Shown here piece by piece: positions 39,401 to 48,162 of a stretch of 64,000 nt of DNA (positions are counted from its first letter, which is position 1; each line of letters begins with the position of its first letter). This DNA comes from Candidatus Angelobacter sp. GTDB lineage: Bacteria > Verrucomicrobiota > Verrucomicrobiia > Limisphaerales > DASXHY01. A program made the position numbers and the translations under genes. Below the pieces are notes generated by a model. That model ran no database searches and was not told the origin of the DNA. It saw nothing but the letters and a program-made list of their open reading frames with translations. The stretch spans positions 36,933-100,932 of the forward strand of contig DATNEA010000047.1 of the NCBI GenBank assembly GCA_035606845.1, read 5' to 3'.

Positions 39401-39595
39401 AACAAACTGCGCGTCGGCATCGAGGACAATGGCCGCGGGTTCGAAAAAACCGCCGACGATCCCTGGGCCGACGGCCTCCGCAACATGCGCGAGCGGATGA
39501 TGGAAATCAGCGGCGAATGCCGCGTGGAAAGCCGCGTCGGCGCCGGCACCACCATTCAAATCGAAATCCCCTGGCAATCGGGCGAGAGCCTCTGA
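36446..39595 (+). CDS. Sensor histidine kinase with periplasmic two-component-regulator propeller + Y_Y_Y domain, HisKA_3/HATPase_c output
   Basis: Propeller repeats read DGLPDSSVTAIAQTPDGYLWIGTYNGLVRFDG. Y_Y_Y region reads LEFRYTGLSL...RVQFRYRLEG...WNQ. TM segment WWFRLLAGLIAFAIVAF. H-box ERERSRIARDIHDDLGASL. Start ATG 36446 chosen (alternative 36401). Confidence 0.85.
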   Translation: MVTRLAIVVFFLATALFLRASNEQYLTDVWTSDDGLPDSSVTAIAQTPDGYLWIGTYNGLVRFDGMRFVTFDPGNTPALAHARVRKLSVDDQGTLWVNTFDGSMTSVRQGVFTREWNREAGLDPDATLVSCASNQVTFLLHHGSLRRRTQSNPPGTGWEDLFPTNRAVGGLCLADGAGTIWYRGSDKHLLRVSGNGFVPLPENCGLKDDQVNCMTTDPQGRLWVGTSAEIAMWTGTYFESATPTNGPWPGEVTFLCVAGGGRIWAGVGSSVREIIHRQWKAEAPALKNVFTNGLTRGGTQEDHHGGAWIYDYTLGLWHVDAEGRARQFGIQDGFPGERVNCLFEDHEGNLWAGLDAAGLVRIRERRFQIIDSGSPLSGRPARSVCEDTNGALWIGTLGDGLARWQSGNLTDLPMPGGTGKGFVFCVCPDATGRIWASAGDEDLYVRKNGVFTRVKPIVHGVKVIFVDQKNRVWVGTKSGLYFADAGSTNAFRQLDGIGRHDVRALSEDGRGNLWAGTEDGTLFCITGDSVKTFHPSDGKTSQAIWSLYAEPNGTVWAGTFRGGLLRLRDNQFTRFSISEGLPDNVICQILPDDTGHLWLGSHQGILEVAKADLDRFAKGETNAIRVSAFGRSDGLPSLECSGGYQPAACRTRDGRLWFTTVKGAVSVQPDEIRPNRLAPPVVIEDILVDGRNLGPLADPEESSVPLALKTNATFDRRKNFLQIPPGKHQLEFRYTGLSLVASDRVQFRYRLEGADAAWVDAGKRRSVQYNLLPAGTYNFRVIACNSDGVWNQTGAGLRVKILPHFYETWWFRLLAGLIAFAIVAFTIRNISLRRLRSKMQQLERQHAIERERSRIARDIHDDLGASLNLIAVLGDLAKKQKTDERIEKMSATARQAVTSLDEIVWAVNPRNDTLAHLVDYAGQYATGYLRAAGIRCRLDVPEGMPAGEIASDVRHNLFLVIKEGLQNIVKHSRATEVWLRISTGENKLRVGIEDNGRGFEKTADDPWADGLRNMRERMMEISGECRVESRVGAGTTIQIEIPWQSGESL

Positions 39596-39676
39596 AAAAT
39601 ATTCCACATCGTATCTTCATCCGATGACTGCAAAAGAAGTTTTAAACTACTCTGGAGCAAATCAAGAAAGACTATG

Positions 39677-39744
39677 GCCGCAAAAGAACGCAGAGAACGC
39701 ACAGAAACAAAGTGTTCTTCGCGTTCTCTGCGTTCTTTTGCGGC
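39677..39744 (+). repeat. 24-bp perfect inverted repeat between the kinase and response-regulator genes
   Basis: Arms GCCGCAAAAGAACGCAGAGAACGC (39677-39700) and GCGTTCTCTGCGTTCTTTTGCGGC (39721-39744) flank a 20-nt loop. Confidence 0.85.
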
Positions 39745-39789
39745 TATGAATTTATTTTATCTGTTCTTACATCGATTTCTAAGGGTTTG

Positions 39790-40419
39790 ATGAGCATCAC
39801 CATTTCCATCGTCGAAGATCAGAATGAAATGCGCGAAAGCCTCGTCGCCTGGTTGAGCGACGCTCCCGGCTTGAAATGCGTGGGCGCGCACGCCACCGGC
39901 GAGGAAGCATTGAAAAAAATTCCGCAGGAACAGCCCGACGTGGTCTTGATGGACATCAATCTCACCGGCATGAACGGCATCCAGTGCGTGGCGCGCCTCA
40001 AGGAAACGCTGCCCAGGACCCAGGTTCTCATGCTCACGACCTACGACGAAGGTGACATGATTTTCGATTCCCTGCGCGCCGGCGCCAACGGCTATCTATT
40101 GAAAAACATGCCGCAGGCCGAACTGGTCGAAGCCGTCCAGCAGGTCCATTCCGGCGGAGCACCCATGTCGCTTCAAATCGCGCGCAAAGTCATCAATCAC
40201 TTTCATCAAATCAAAAAACCCGACCCGCAGGTGGCGCAACTGACCAGTCGCGAGCAGGAAATCCTGAAATTGCTCGCCAAAGGCTACATGTATAAAGAAA
40301 TCGCCGACCAGCTCGCCATCAGCATGAGCACCGTGCGTTCCCATGTCTGCGCCGTTTACGACAAGCTGCACGTCCATTCTCGGCTCGAAGCGGCCAAAAA
40401 GCTGGCTGGAGAAGGCTAA
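39790..40419 (+). CDS. NarL/LuxR-family response regulator
   Basis: Receiver domain (DVVLMDINLTGMNG) plus LuxR HTH (LTSREQEILKLLAKGYMYKEIADQLAISMSTVRSHV). Start at ATG 39790. Confidence 0.9.
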   Translation: MSITISIVEDQNEMRESLVAWLSDAPGLKCVGAHATGEEALKKIPQEQPDVVLMDINLTGMNGIQCVARLKETLPRTQVLMLTTYDEGDMIFDSLRAGANGYLLKNMPQAELVEAVQQVHSGGAPMSLQIARKVINHFHQIKKPDPQVAQLTSREQEILKLLAKGYMYKEIADQLAISMSTVRSHVCAVYDKLHVHSRLEAAKKLAGEG

Positions 40420-40599
40420 ATCATTCCGGCATGCGCCCATGCGCCGCAGGGGACGTAAGAAAAACGTTCTCAGATGAACATCCGATATGATAGAATGCCC
40501 GAATCCGTTCTAATCGAAAATCATACCGCACCCGAAGTAAACATGAATCGTTTTGACGCGAACCCCCGCAACTGTCCGACAACTCCCCCCAAACGCACG

Positions 40600-43500
40600 A
40601 TGAACACCCCAATAAAACCCGCAATCGCTTGGTTTCTAGCCGCGATAATGGCCCTGGCAACCGGCGCGCAGGGACAAACCACCGCCAACTGGATCGGACC
40701 CGCCGCCGGCGGCGAATGGAACACCGGCGCAAACTGGGACACCGGTTTCCCCCCGCTGGACGCCACCACGAATGCCTACATCGGCAGCGGCTCGAACGTC
40801 AATTACAGCTTGCCGATGGCCGCCTCCAGTTTCGGCACCCTCACGCTCGACGGGGTTCTGAACGTAAACGCAAGCGGGTTTAACAGCAGCGGGATAAGCA
40901 TGATCCATCCTGGCGGCGGCAGCGCCTTGTTTATCAATAATTCCGGCGTGGTAAACCTAAGCGGGGATCTGGCGATTAGCTCGAATGCCGCCGTCAGTAT
41001 TGCCACTGGAGGCGCCTTCACCACCACCGCCACCTTGCGAGTTGGCTCCGGCAGCACCGCCGGCTCCGGTGGCTTCATGACCAATTATGGCGGCAACATT
41101 ACCGCGACCACCACGACCATCAATAACAACAACGCCAGCGCCAGTTCAGCTCTGGTCATTTCCGGCGGCACGAACAACCTCGGCGACGTCACCATCAACC
41201 GGGCCGGCCCCAGCAAACAGCCCGCGCTCGGGACCGAAGGTTTGATCGTCTCCAATGGCATCGTGAATGTCACCAGCCTCACCGTCGGCGGTTCTTCCGC
41301 CAATTCCTTTTTGTCGATGTACATGGCCGGCGGAATTGTCACCAACAGCGGCGCAATGACCGTTCACCTCAGCAGCACATCCGGCCGGCCGGCCCGGTTC
41401 CTGCAAACCGGCGGTCTGGCCGTCACGATGGAACCGAACGTCGTCACGATGAATCCGCAAGGCACCTCGGCCGGCGTTACCACCGTTTATGCCATCCTGG
41501 GCGGCACCAATTACGCCGGTGGATTTCAATTCGGCGACGTGGCGGGAGCCAACCTTGGCACCGCCAATTTCACGAACGCCGCCGCGATTTATGTGGGCAG
41601 CGAGGGCATGAATTCCAACGGCGCCGTCAATCTGAACGCGATGCTGAACAATGGCGGCCTTTTCGGCGCGTCCGCGGATTGGACCGGCAATGCGGGAATG
41701 GTCCTGAACGGCGGCACGTTTACCTTCCAGGCCGCGGCCGAGGACGGAACCGCGCACAACATCCTGCTAAATGGGATTCTAAGCGGACCCGGCGGCCTGG
41801 TTAAAACCGGCGCTGGCACCCTGACGATGGACGCTTCCAACACCTATGCGGGCATCACTTATGTCAAAGAGGGCACGCTTGCGCTGGGGTCCAATGACGT
41901 TTCCGGCTCGGTCGGCTCCCTCGCCAGTGAGTCCGTCATCGTCGGTTCCGGCACTATTTTCGATGTTTCGCAGGCAGGTTACTCGGTTCAACCACTCCAA
42001 ATTCTTGGCGGTTTTGGTTCGGTGAGTGGTGCAGTGACGGTCGCACCCAATGGCGTCATTAATCCGGGCAGCAATAACATCACAGGCGCTCTCAGTTTCA
42101 ACAATGATGTCATTGAAACGAACGGGGCCGTAAACCATTTCGATATTCCCGGCGACGTGATTAATATCACCGGCTCTCTGACCGCCAGCGGCGTCAATAC
42201 GATGGATGTTTCCGGCAGTGTGCCCCCCGGCACCGCGTATGCCCTGGTTCATTATGGCACCTTCAATGGCGACGTCAGCAATTTCGCCGTCACCGGCGCC
42301 ACCGGCGTTCTGTCCAACAGCGTCACCGACAAAACCATCTATCTGATCGTCTCCTCCAGCCTCCGGGCCAACACGAATCTCACCTGGGTGGGCAACAGCA
42401 CCAACAATGTCTGGGACACGCACAACTCCACCAACTGGGTGGACAGTGGCTCCAGCACGCCCGATTTCTTCCTTTCGGGCGACAACGCGCGCTTTGACGA
42501 TTCCGCCGCCAATAACACGAACGTAACCATTCCCGATTTTGTCAGCCCTGCTTCCGTCGTCGTGGATAGCACTCTGAATTATGTATTCACTGGCGACGGC
42601 AGCATCAGCGGCCAGACAGCCACTCTCACGAAGACCAATTCGGGCACACTGACCATACTCACCACCAACACCTACGCGGGCGCCACCACACTGGGCGGCG
42701 GGGTTTTGGAAATTCTCTCGATCACGAACAGTTCCATCCCCAGCCCCATCGGCGCTGCCACCTCCGACCCCGGTTCCCTGGTCTTCAACGGCGGCACGTT
42801 GCGTTATTCCGGCGACATTGCCAGCACGGACCGCGGCGCCACGTTCAACACCAACGCCATTATCGACGTGACCAACAGCGCCACAACCCTGACGCTTAAC
42901 GGCACCATGACCGGTGTGGGCGGATTGACCAAACTCGGCGCGGGCGAATTGAGCCTGGCCGGCCTCAACGGCTATCTCGGCGCAACCACACTCAGCAACG
43001 GCGTCCTGACCGTGAACGCCGTTTCGGCCATCAGTCCCAATACCATCAATTATGCCGGCGGCACCTTGAACCTCGCCAGCGCCAGCAGCCAGCAATTCTA
43101 CGGCAACCTGAACAACGTCGTTACGACGGGCACCATTGTTCAGAACGGCGCAAATGCCAACTCCATCCTCAGCGGCGGCTGGACCGGCGACGGCACCATT
43201 AACATCGATATTCAGGATAGCGGCGGCACGCTCTCACTGAACCACGATATCACCTCCAACTTCGGCGGCACGATGCGCCTGACCGACGCCAGCACCGGCA
43301 CGCTCCGCTTCAACAGCGGCGGAAATGCCACCAGCGCCCAGCAATGCACCGGCAGTCCCACGGTGACGTTTGACCTCGGCAACGGCTCGGCTTCGCTCAT
43401 CAATCGCAACGGTGGCGGTACCAGCTTCGGCAATTACGACCTCGGCGCTCTCATGGGCGGCCCGGGCACCTTCCTCAAAGGCAGCGCCAACAATGGCAGC

Positions 43501-44400
43501 CTCAGCACTTACTTCATCGGAGCCAAAAACCTCGACACCGCCTTCGCCGGCACCATCGCCGACGGCAACAGCGGACCGACCGCCATTGCGAAAGTCGGCG
43601 CCGGCACGCTCACGCTCACTGGCAACAACACCTACACCGGTTCGACCATCGTCAGCAACGGCGTCCTCGCCCTGGGCGACGGCACCACGGATGGTTTCAT
43701 CAGCAGCAGCACGAACATCGATATCGAAGCAGGCGCGGTGCTCGATGTTTCCAAGCTCAGCGGCGGCACGCTCTTCCTCGGGAGCCAGACCATTCAAGGC
43801 AATGGCACGTTGAACGGCAGCCTCAGCGATAATAGCGGCATCGTGGCGCCCGGCGGCGGCATCTACGGCGGCATCGGCACGCTCACCGTCACGAACACCA
43901 CTGCACTGTTCAACGAGACCTGGATGAAGCTCGACCGCACCGCCGCGCAAAATAGCGACCGGCTGGTTTCCCCGAGCATCAGCCTCAATGGCAGCACGCT
44001 GATCGTGACCAACATCGGCCCGAGCTTAAAACCTGGCGACACCTTCACCCTGTTCAGCGGCACATTGTCCGGCGCCTTTGGCAACGTTATTCTGCCGAAC
44101 TACTACACGTGGGACACCAACCAACTCGCCCTGAATGGCACCATCCGCGTGGTCTCCTTCAATCCGCCCGGGCTGGGCATGGACTTCAGCCAGTTTTCCA
44201 GCGGCGTCATTACCTTCAACGCCACCAATGGCTTGCAAGGCGGCGCGGTCTCGGTGCTCTCCACCACCAATCTCTCGCTGCCCGTCAGCCAATGGACCAA
44301 CGTCGTAAGCGGCTTCTTTGATGGCTTCGGCAATTTCACGTCGCCCGTCACGGTCGATCCGACCGTGCCGACGCAGTTCTTTATATTGTCGGTGCAGTGA
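40600..44400 (+). CDS. Giant secreted protein with autotransporter-associated beta-strand (PATR) repeats
   Basis: Signal peptide MNTPIKPAIAWFLAAIMALATGAQG. Many GAGTLT(L/M)xxxNTYxGxTxVxxGxL units are present. No C-terminal beta-barrel-like domain is evident. A rho-independent terminator follows. Confidence 0.8.
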   Translation: MNTPIKPAIAWFLAAIMALATGAQGQTTANWIGPAAGGEWNTGANWDTGFPPLDATTNAYIGSGSNVNYSLPMAASSFGTLTLDGVLNVNASGFNSSGISMIHPGGGSALFINNSGVVNLSGDLAISSNAAVSIATGGAFTTTATLRVGSGSTAGSGGFMTNYGGNITATTTTINNNNASASSALVISGGTNNLGDVTINRAGPSKQPALGTEGLIVSNGIVNVTSLTVGGSSANSFLSMYMAGGIVTNSGAMTVHLSSTSGRPARFLQTGGLAVTMEPNVVTMNPQGTSAGVTTVYAILGGTNYAGGFQFGDVAGANLGTANFTNAAAIYVGSEGMNSNGAVNLNAMLNNGGLFGASADWTGNAGMVLNGGTFTFQAAAEDGTAHNILLNGILSGPGGLVKTGAGTLTMDASNTYAGITYVKEGTLALGSNDVSGSVGSLASESVIVGSGTIFDVSQAGYSVQPLQILGGFGSVSGAVTVAPNGVINPGSNNITGALSFNNDVIETNGAVNHFDIPGDVINITGSLTASGVNTMDVSGSVPPGTAYALVHYGTFNGDVSNFAVTGATGVLSNSVTDKTIYLIVSSSLRANTNLTWVGNSTNNVWDTHNSTNWVDSGSSTPDFFLSGDNARFDDSAANNTNVTIPDFVSPASVVVDSTLNYVFTGDGSISGQTATLTKTNSGTLTILTTNTYAGATTLGGGVLEILSITNSSIPSPIGAATSDPGSLVFNGGTLRYSGDIASTDRGATFNTNAIIDVTNSATTLTLNGTMTGVGGLTKLGAGELSLAGLNGYLGATTLSNGVLTVNAVSAISPNTINYAGGTLNLASASSQQFYGNLNNVVTTGTIVQNGANANSILSGGWTGDGTINIDIQDSGGTLSLNHDITSNFGGTMRLTDASTGTLRFNSGGNATSAQQCTGSPTVTFDLGNGSASLINRNGGGTSFGNYDLGALMGGPGTFLKGSANNGSLSTYFIGAKNLDTAFAGTIADGNSGPTAIAKVGAGTLTLTGNNTYTGSTIVSNGVLALGDGTTDGFISSSTNIDIEAGAVLDVSKLSGGTLFLGSQTIQGNGTLNGSLSDNSGIVAPGGGIYGGIGTLTVTNTTALFNETWMKLDRTAAQNSDRLVSPSISLNGSTLIVTNIGPSLKPGDTFTLFSGTLSGAFGNVILPNYYTWDTNQLALNGTIRVVSFNPPGLGMDFSQFSSGVITFNATNGLQGGAVSVLSTTNLSLPVSQWTNVVSGFFDGFGNFTSPVTVDPTVPTQFFILSVQ

Positions 44401-44410
44401 CGGTTGGTTG

Positions 44411-44446
44411 AAAAACGTCCCGCCGCGAGGCGGGACGTTTTTTGTT
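44411..44446 (+). terminator. Rho-independent terminator after the PATR gene
   Basis: AAAAACGTCCCGCC-GCGA-GGCGGGACGTTTTTT has a 9-bp GC stem flanked by A and T tracts. It lies 11 nt after the stop. Confidence 0.85.
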
Positions 44447-44646
44447 GTTCCCGCGCATGAAATCTGCGGTGATATGCATGTTGAACAGGATTCACATCAC
44501 CGGAGGAACGGATGCTTCCCCCGGCCACCGACCTTATTACGTCCAATCCATATTGGCGCAGAAGCAATAATCGCACTGGCACGAAACCTAATGCAATGGC
44601 TTCAGTTGACCCACCGTGTGTGCCATGGCTTATGACGATCCGCCCA

Positions 44647-46791
44647 ATGGTTAACTTCAACAAAATCCAAACACTTTCATTCGCGACTTTAATTCTGGCT
44701 TGCGCCCTGTCGGCCAGCGCCGCTCCGATCGATCGCCACGCGCTTGTCATTCGGCACAACGTCGAATTGGGCCAGTTCGATGCGAACAACCCGCTCACCG
44801 TCGGCAATGGCGAATTCGCCTTCACCGTCGATGCCACCGGTCTCCAAACATTTGCCAAAACATTTGAGCATACGATTCCGCTCGGCACGCTCTCGGACTG
44901 GGGCTGGCATACCTTTCCGAACCCCAGCGGCTGGAGCATCGACACCTTCCATTTCAAAACCTACACCAACCTCGATGGCCGCCCCGTTCCCTACGCCGAT
45001 GTTCCGCACAATCAGCAAACGCCCGAAATCAAATGGCTGCGCGCCAATCCGCACCGCCTCGATCTGGGCCAAATCGGGTTCGTGCTCAAAAAAGCCGGCG
45101 GTTCGCTCGCCCAAACCAACGATTTATCCAACATTTCGCAAACACTCGACCTGTGGAACGGCGAAATCATCAGCCACTTTGAATTTGCTAATCAGCCCGT
45201 CGACGTCCAAACCCTTTGCACGCCGGACATCGATGCCATCGCCGTCCGCGTGCAATCGCCGCTGCTGAAATCCGGCCAACTCGCCATCCAAATCCATTTT
45301 CCCTACGGCACCGGCGATACCATCACCGCCGATTGGTCTCATCCCGACGCGCACGAAACCATCGCCACCCAACCCGCCCCCAACCAGGCCCTCTTCGCGC
45401 GCAAGCTGGACAACGACACCTATTCCGCCCTCGCCAATTGGACCTCTGGCGCCACGCTCACCAACATCGCCAGGCATCAATACGAAATCGTTCCAAACAA
45501 AACCTCCGATACGCTCGAACTCGTCTGCGCATTTTCGCCCACGAACTTTGCCACGCCCGTTCTTCCTTCCTTCGCGCAAGCCAAAGAGTCTGCGCAGAAA
45601 AATTGGAATCATTTCTGGCAAACCGGCGGCGCGATTGACTTGTCCGGCAGCAAGGACCCGCGCTGGTTCGAATTGGAGCGCCGGATTGTTTTGTCGCAAT
45701 ACCTGACCGCCATCCAGGACGCCGGCAAAAACCCACCGCAGGAAACCGGCCTCACCTACAACACGTGGGAAGGCAAATTCCACCTCGAAATGCATTTCTG
45801 GCACGAAGCGCATTTCGCGTTGTGGGACCGCCTGCCGCTCCTCGAGAAAAGTTTGGATTACTACATCCGCATCCTCCCGCGCGCCGAAGGCACCGCCCGC
45901 AAGCAAGGCTACGCCGGCGCGCGCTGGCCCAAGATGACCAGCCCCAGCGGCGCCGAATCGCCCTCGCCCGTCGGCCCGTTCCTCGTCTGGCAGGAGCCGC
46001 ACCCGATTTTTTACGCGGAACTTTGTTACCGCGCTCACCACGACCGGGCCACGCTGGAAAAATTCAAGGACGTCGTCTTTCAAACCGCAAATTTCATGGC
46101 CAGCTATGCGGCCTGGGACAAAAAAACCAAACGCTACGTCCTCGGCCCGATACTGCAATGCGCGCAGGAAATTTTTCCCAAAGACAAAACCTTCAATCCA
46201 ACGTTCGAGCTGACCTATTGGCGCTGGGGCTTGGAGACCGCTCAAACCTGGCGCACTCGCCTCGGCCTTCCGCGCGAAGAAACCTGGGACAACGTTCTCC
46301 GCCATCTCGCCAAGCCGCCCGTTGGCGACGGAAAATATCTTTTCACCGAAACCACGCCCGATTGTTACACCAACCCGAAGTGGAACAAAGATCATCCCGC
46401 CGTCGTCGGCGCCTTGAGCTTTGTGCCCGGTCCCGGAATTGATCACCAAACCATGCGCAATACCTTCGATTGGATTTGGGATAACTGGAATTGGCCGGAC
46501 ACGTGGGGTTGGGATTATCCGATGCTCGCCATGACCGCCGCCCGCCTCGGCGATCCGGCTCGCGCCGTTGACACCCTTCTGCTCGACACGCCCAAAAATC
46601 ACTACGCCATAAACGGCCACGTTTATCAGCGCCCCGGCCTGACGCTCTATCTCCCCGCCAATGGCGGCTTGCTTTATGCGACCGCCCTCATGGCTGCCGG
46701 CTGGGACGGCGCCCCGTCAAGAAACGCCCCCGGCTTCCCCGACAACGGCCAATGGACCGTCCGCTGGGAAAATCTAAAACGCGCCCCATGA
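44647..46791 (+). CDS. Secreted putative (alpha/alpha)6-type glycoside hydrolase, family unassigned
   Basis: Signal peptide from ATG 44647. N-terminal IDRHALVIRHNVELGQFDANNPLTVGNGEFAFTVDATGLQTF. The C-terminal half is helical and W-rich (WQEPHPIFYAELCYR, TYWRWGLETAQTW). Confidence 0.35.
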   Translation: MVNFNKIQTLSFATLILACALSASAAPIDRHALVIRHNVELGQFDANNPLTVGNGEFAFTVDATGLQTFAKTFEHTIPLGTLSDWGWHTFPNPSGWSIDTFHFKTYTNLDGRPVPYADVPHNQQTPEIKWLRANPHRLDLGQIGFVLKKAGGSLAQTNDLSNISQTLDLWNGEIISHFEFANQPVDVQTLCTPDIDAIAVRVQSPLLKSGQLAIQIHFPYGTGDTITADWSHPDAHETIATQPAPNQALFARKLDNDTYSALANWTSGATLTNIARHQYEIVPNKTSDTLELVCAFSPTNFATPVLPSFAQAKESAQKNWNHFWQTGGAIDLSGSKDPRWFELERRIVLSQYLTAIQDAGKNPPQETGLTYNTWEGKFHLEMHFWHEAHFALWDRLPLLEKSLDYYIRILPRAEGTARKQGYAGARWPKMTSPSGAESPSPVGPFLVWQEPHPIFYAELCYRAHHDRATLEKFKDVVFQTANFMASYAAWDKKTKRYVLGPILQCAQEIFPKDKTFNPTFELTYWRWGLETAQTWRTRLGLPREETWDNVLRHLAKPPVGDGKYLFTETTPDCYTNPKWNKDHPAVVGALSFVPGPGIDHQTMRNTFDWIWDNWNWPDTWGWDYPMLAMTAARLGDPARAVDTLLLDTPKNHYAINGHVYQRPGLTLYLPANGGLLYATALMAAGWDGAPSRNAPGFPDNGQWTVRWENLKRAP

Positions 46792-46871
46792 TTCTATCAC
46801 GCTCAAAAATCCCGCCCACACGCAGGATCGAGCCTTCGTTTCGTGATTTTCCAGAAGCGTCACAAATTTCC

Positions 46872-46907
46872 CCCTCTCCCATCGGATGGGAGAGGGCCGG
46901 GGTGAGG
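46872..46907 (+). repeat. CCCTCTCCC-hairpin / CCGGGGTGAGG repeat, copy 2
   Basis: CCCTCTCCCATCGGATGGGAGAGGGCCGGGGTGAGG has a perfect 9-bp stem. It lies between the 714-aa putative GH and the PL1 gene, in the same orientation as copy 1. Confidence 0.75.
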
Positions 46908-46926
46908 CGCCTTGTTCGAAAAAACC

Positions 46927-48069
46927 ATGTGTAACTCCTCAACGCAACCTCACGTCCGTCCAACTGTGAAACTTCTCACTCTCGTCACCTTCGCCGTCCT
47001 CGCTTCGTCGCAGCTTATCTTCGCCGCGGAAAAACCCCTCGCCTTTCCCGGCGCCGAAGGCTTCGGCCAATTCGCCACCGGCGGCCGCGGCGGCCAAACC
47101 ATCCACGTCACCACGCTCGACGATTCCGGCCCCGGCTCATTCCGCGACGCCGTCAGCAAACCCAATCGCACCATCATTTTCGACGTCAGCGGCACCATCC
47201 ATCTGAAATCAAATGTTGCCGTCAGCAGCGACCTTACGCTCGACGGCAAATCCGCGCCGGGCGAAGGCATCACGCTCTACGGCCGTTCCGTCTCCTTCAG
47301 TGGCGAAAAAAATGTCATCGTGCGCTACCTGCGCTTCCGCGAAGGCATCGCCGGCGACAGGGGCAAGTGCTCGGTGAATCTTTCCAACGGCGGCGATATG
47401 ATTTTCGATCATTGCAGCATCGAATGGGGACGCTGGGATTGTCTCGGCCTCACGCGCGGCAGTCACGATATCACCTTTCAGTATTGCATCATCGGCGAAG
47501 GCATCGACCCGCAACGCTTCGGTTCGCTCTCCGATACCATCACAAACATCACCTACACTCACAATCTCTGGATCAACAACCAAAGCCGCAATCCCAAGGC
47601 GAAGGGTCATATTCAATACATCAACAACGTGGTCTACAACTGGGGCGTCTGCGGCCTCGTCGGCGGCCATTCCGAAGCTGATCATTTTCTGGATGCCATC
47701 GGCAATTATTTCATCGCCGGCCCCAACTCCAATTCACGCGCCACCGGCGAATTCAAGGCCACCGATCACGTCTTCCAAAGAGACAATCTCGTTGATTTAA
47801 ACAAAGATGGAAAACTCGACGGCCAGCCGCTGACCCCGGGCAATTTCGGCACTGGCGAAAACGCTCCCACTTTTTCCAAAGAGCTCACCGTCGCCCCGCT
47901 CACGAACGTCACGGTCGAAACCGCCCCCGCCGCTCTCTCCAACGTCCTCGCCCAGGCCGGCTGCTCGCTCCATCGCGACCTAGTCGACACCCGCCTGATC
48001 GACGCCGTCAAATCCTTCGGCAAAACCGGCCAAATCATCCACAGCGAAACCGAGGCGAAACTTCCTTAA
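46927..48069 (+). CDS. PL1 pectate lyase
   Basis: Signal peptide present. Motifs AFPGAEGFGQFATGGRGGQTIHVTTL, MIFDHCSIEWG and NQSRNPKAKG (the vWiDH and RxPxxR-type motifs of PL1). ATG 46927 chosen (TTG 46912 is possible). Confidence 0.8.
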   Translation: MCNSSTQPHVRPTVKLLTLVTFAVLASSQLIFAAEKPLAFPGAEGFGQFATGGRGGQTIHVTTLDDSGPGSFRDAVSKPNRTIIFDVSGTIHLKSNVAVSSDLTLDGKSAPGEGITLYGRSVSFSGEKNVIVRYLRFREGIAGDRGKCSVNLSNGGDMIFDHCSIEWGRWDCLGLTRGSHDITFQYCIIGEGIDPQRFGSLSDTITNITYTHNLWINNQSRNPKAKGHIQYINNVVYNWGVCGLVGGHSEADHFLDAIGNYFIAGPNSNSRATGEFKATDHVFQRDNLVDLNKDGKLDGQPLTPGNFGTGENAPTFSKELTVAPLTNVTVETAPAALSNVLAQAGCSLHRDLVDTRLIDAVKSFGKTGQIIHSETEAKLP

Positions 48070-48149
48070 CTCGTAGCAGTCGACGTAAGGAGGCTCTGTT
48101 TTTCGGAGCGCAGAGAGTTCGAGAGCCTCCTTACGTCGGCTGCTACGAG
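48070..48149. terminator. 27-bp-arm hairpin between convergent PL1 and GH43-like genes (candidate bidirectional terminator / REP)
   Basis: Arms CTCGTAGCAGTCGACGTAAGGAGGCTC (48070-48096) and GAGCCTCCTTACGTCGGCTGCTACGAG (48123-48149) have one G-U position and a 26-nt loop. Confidence 0.6.
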
Positions 48150-48162
48150 GTTCTACCAACGA

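Noticed and set aside
40600-44400. Annotating the PATR-repeat protein as a classical autotransporter.
   Set aside because: The C-terminal ~250 aa show no beta-barrel-like alternating pattern or terminal aromatic residue. Only the passenger-type repeats are present.
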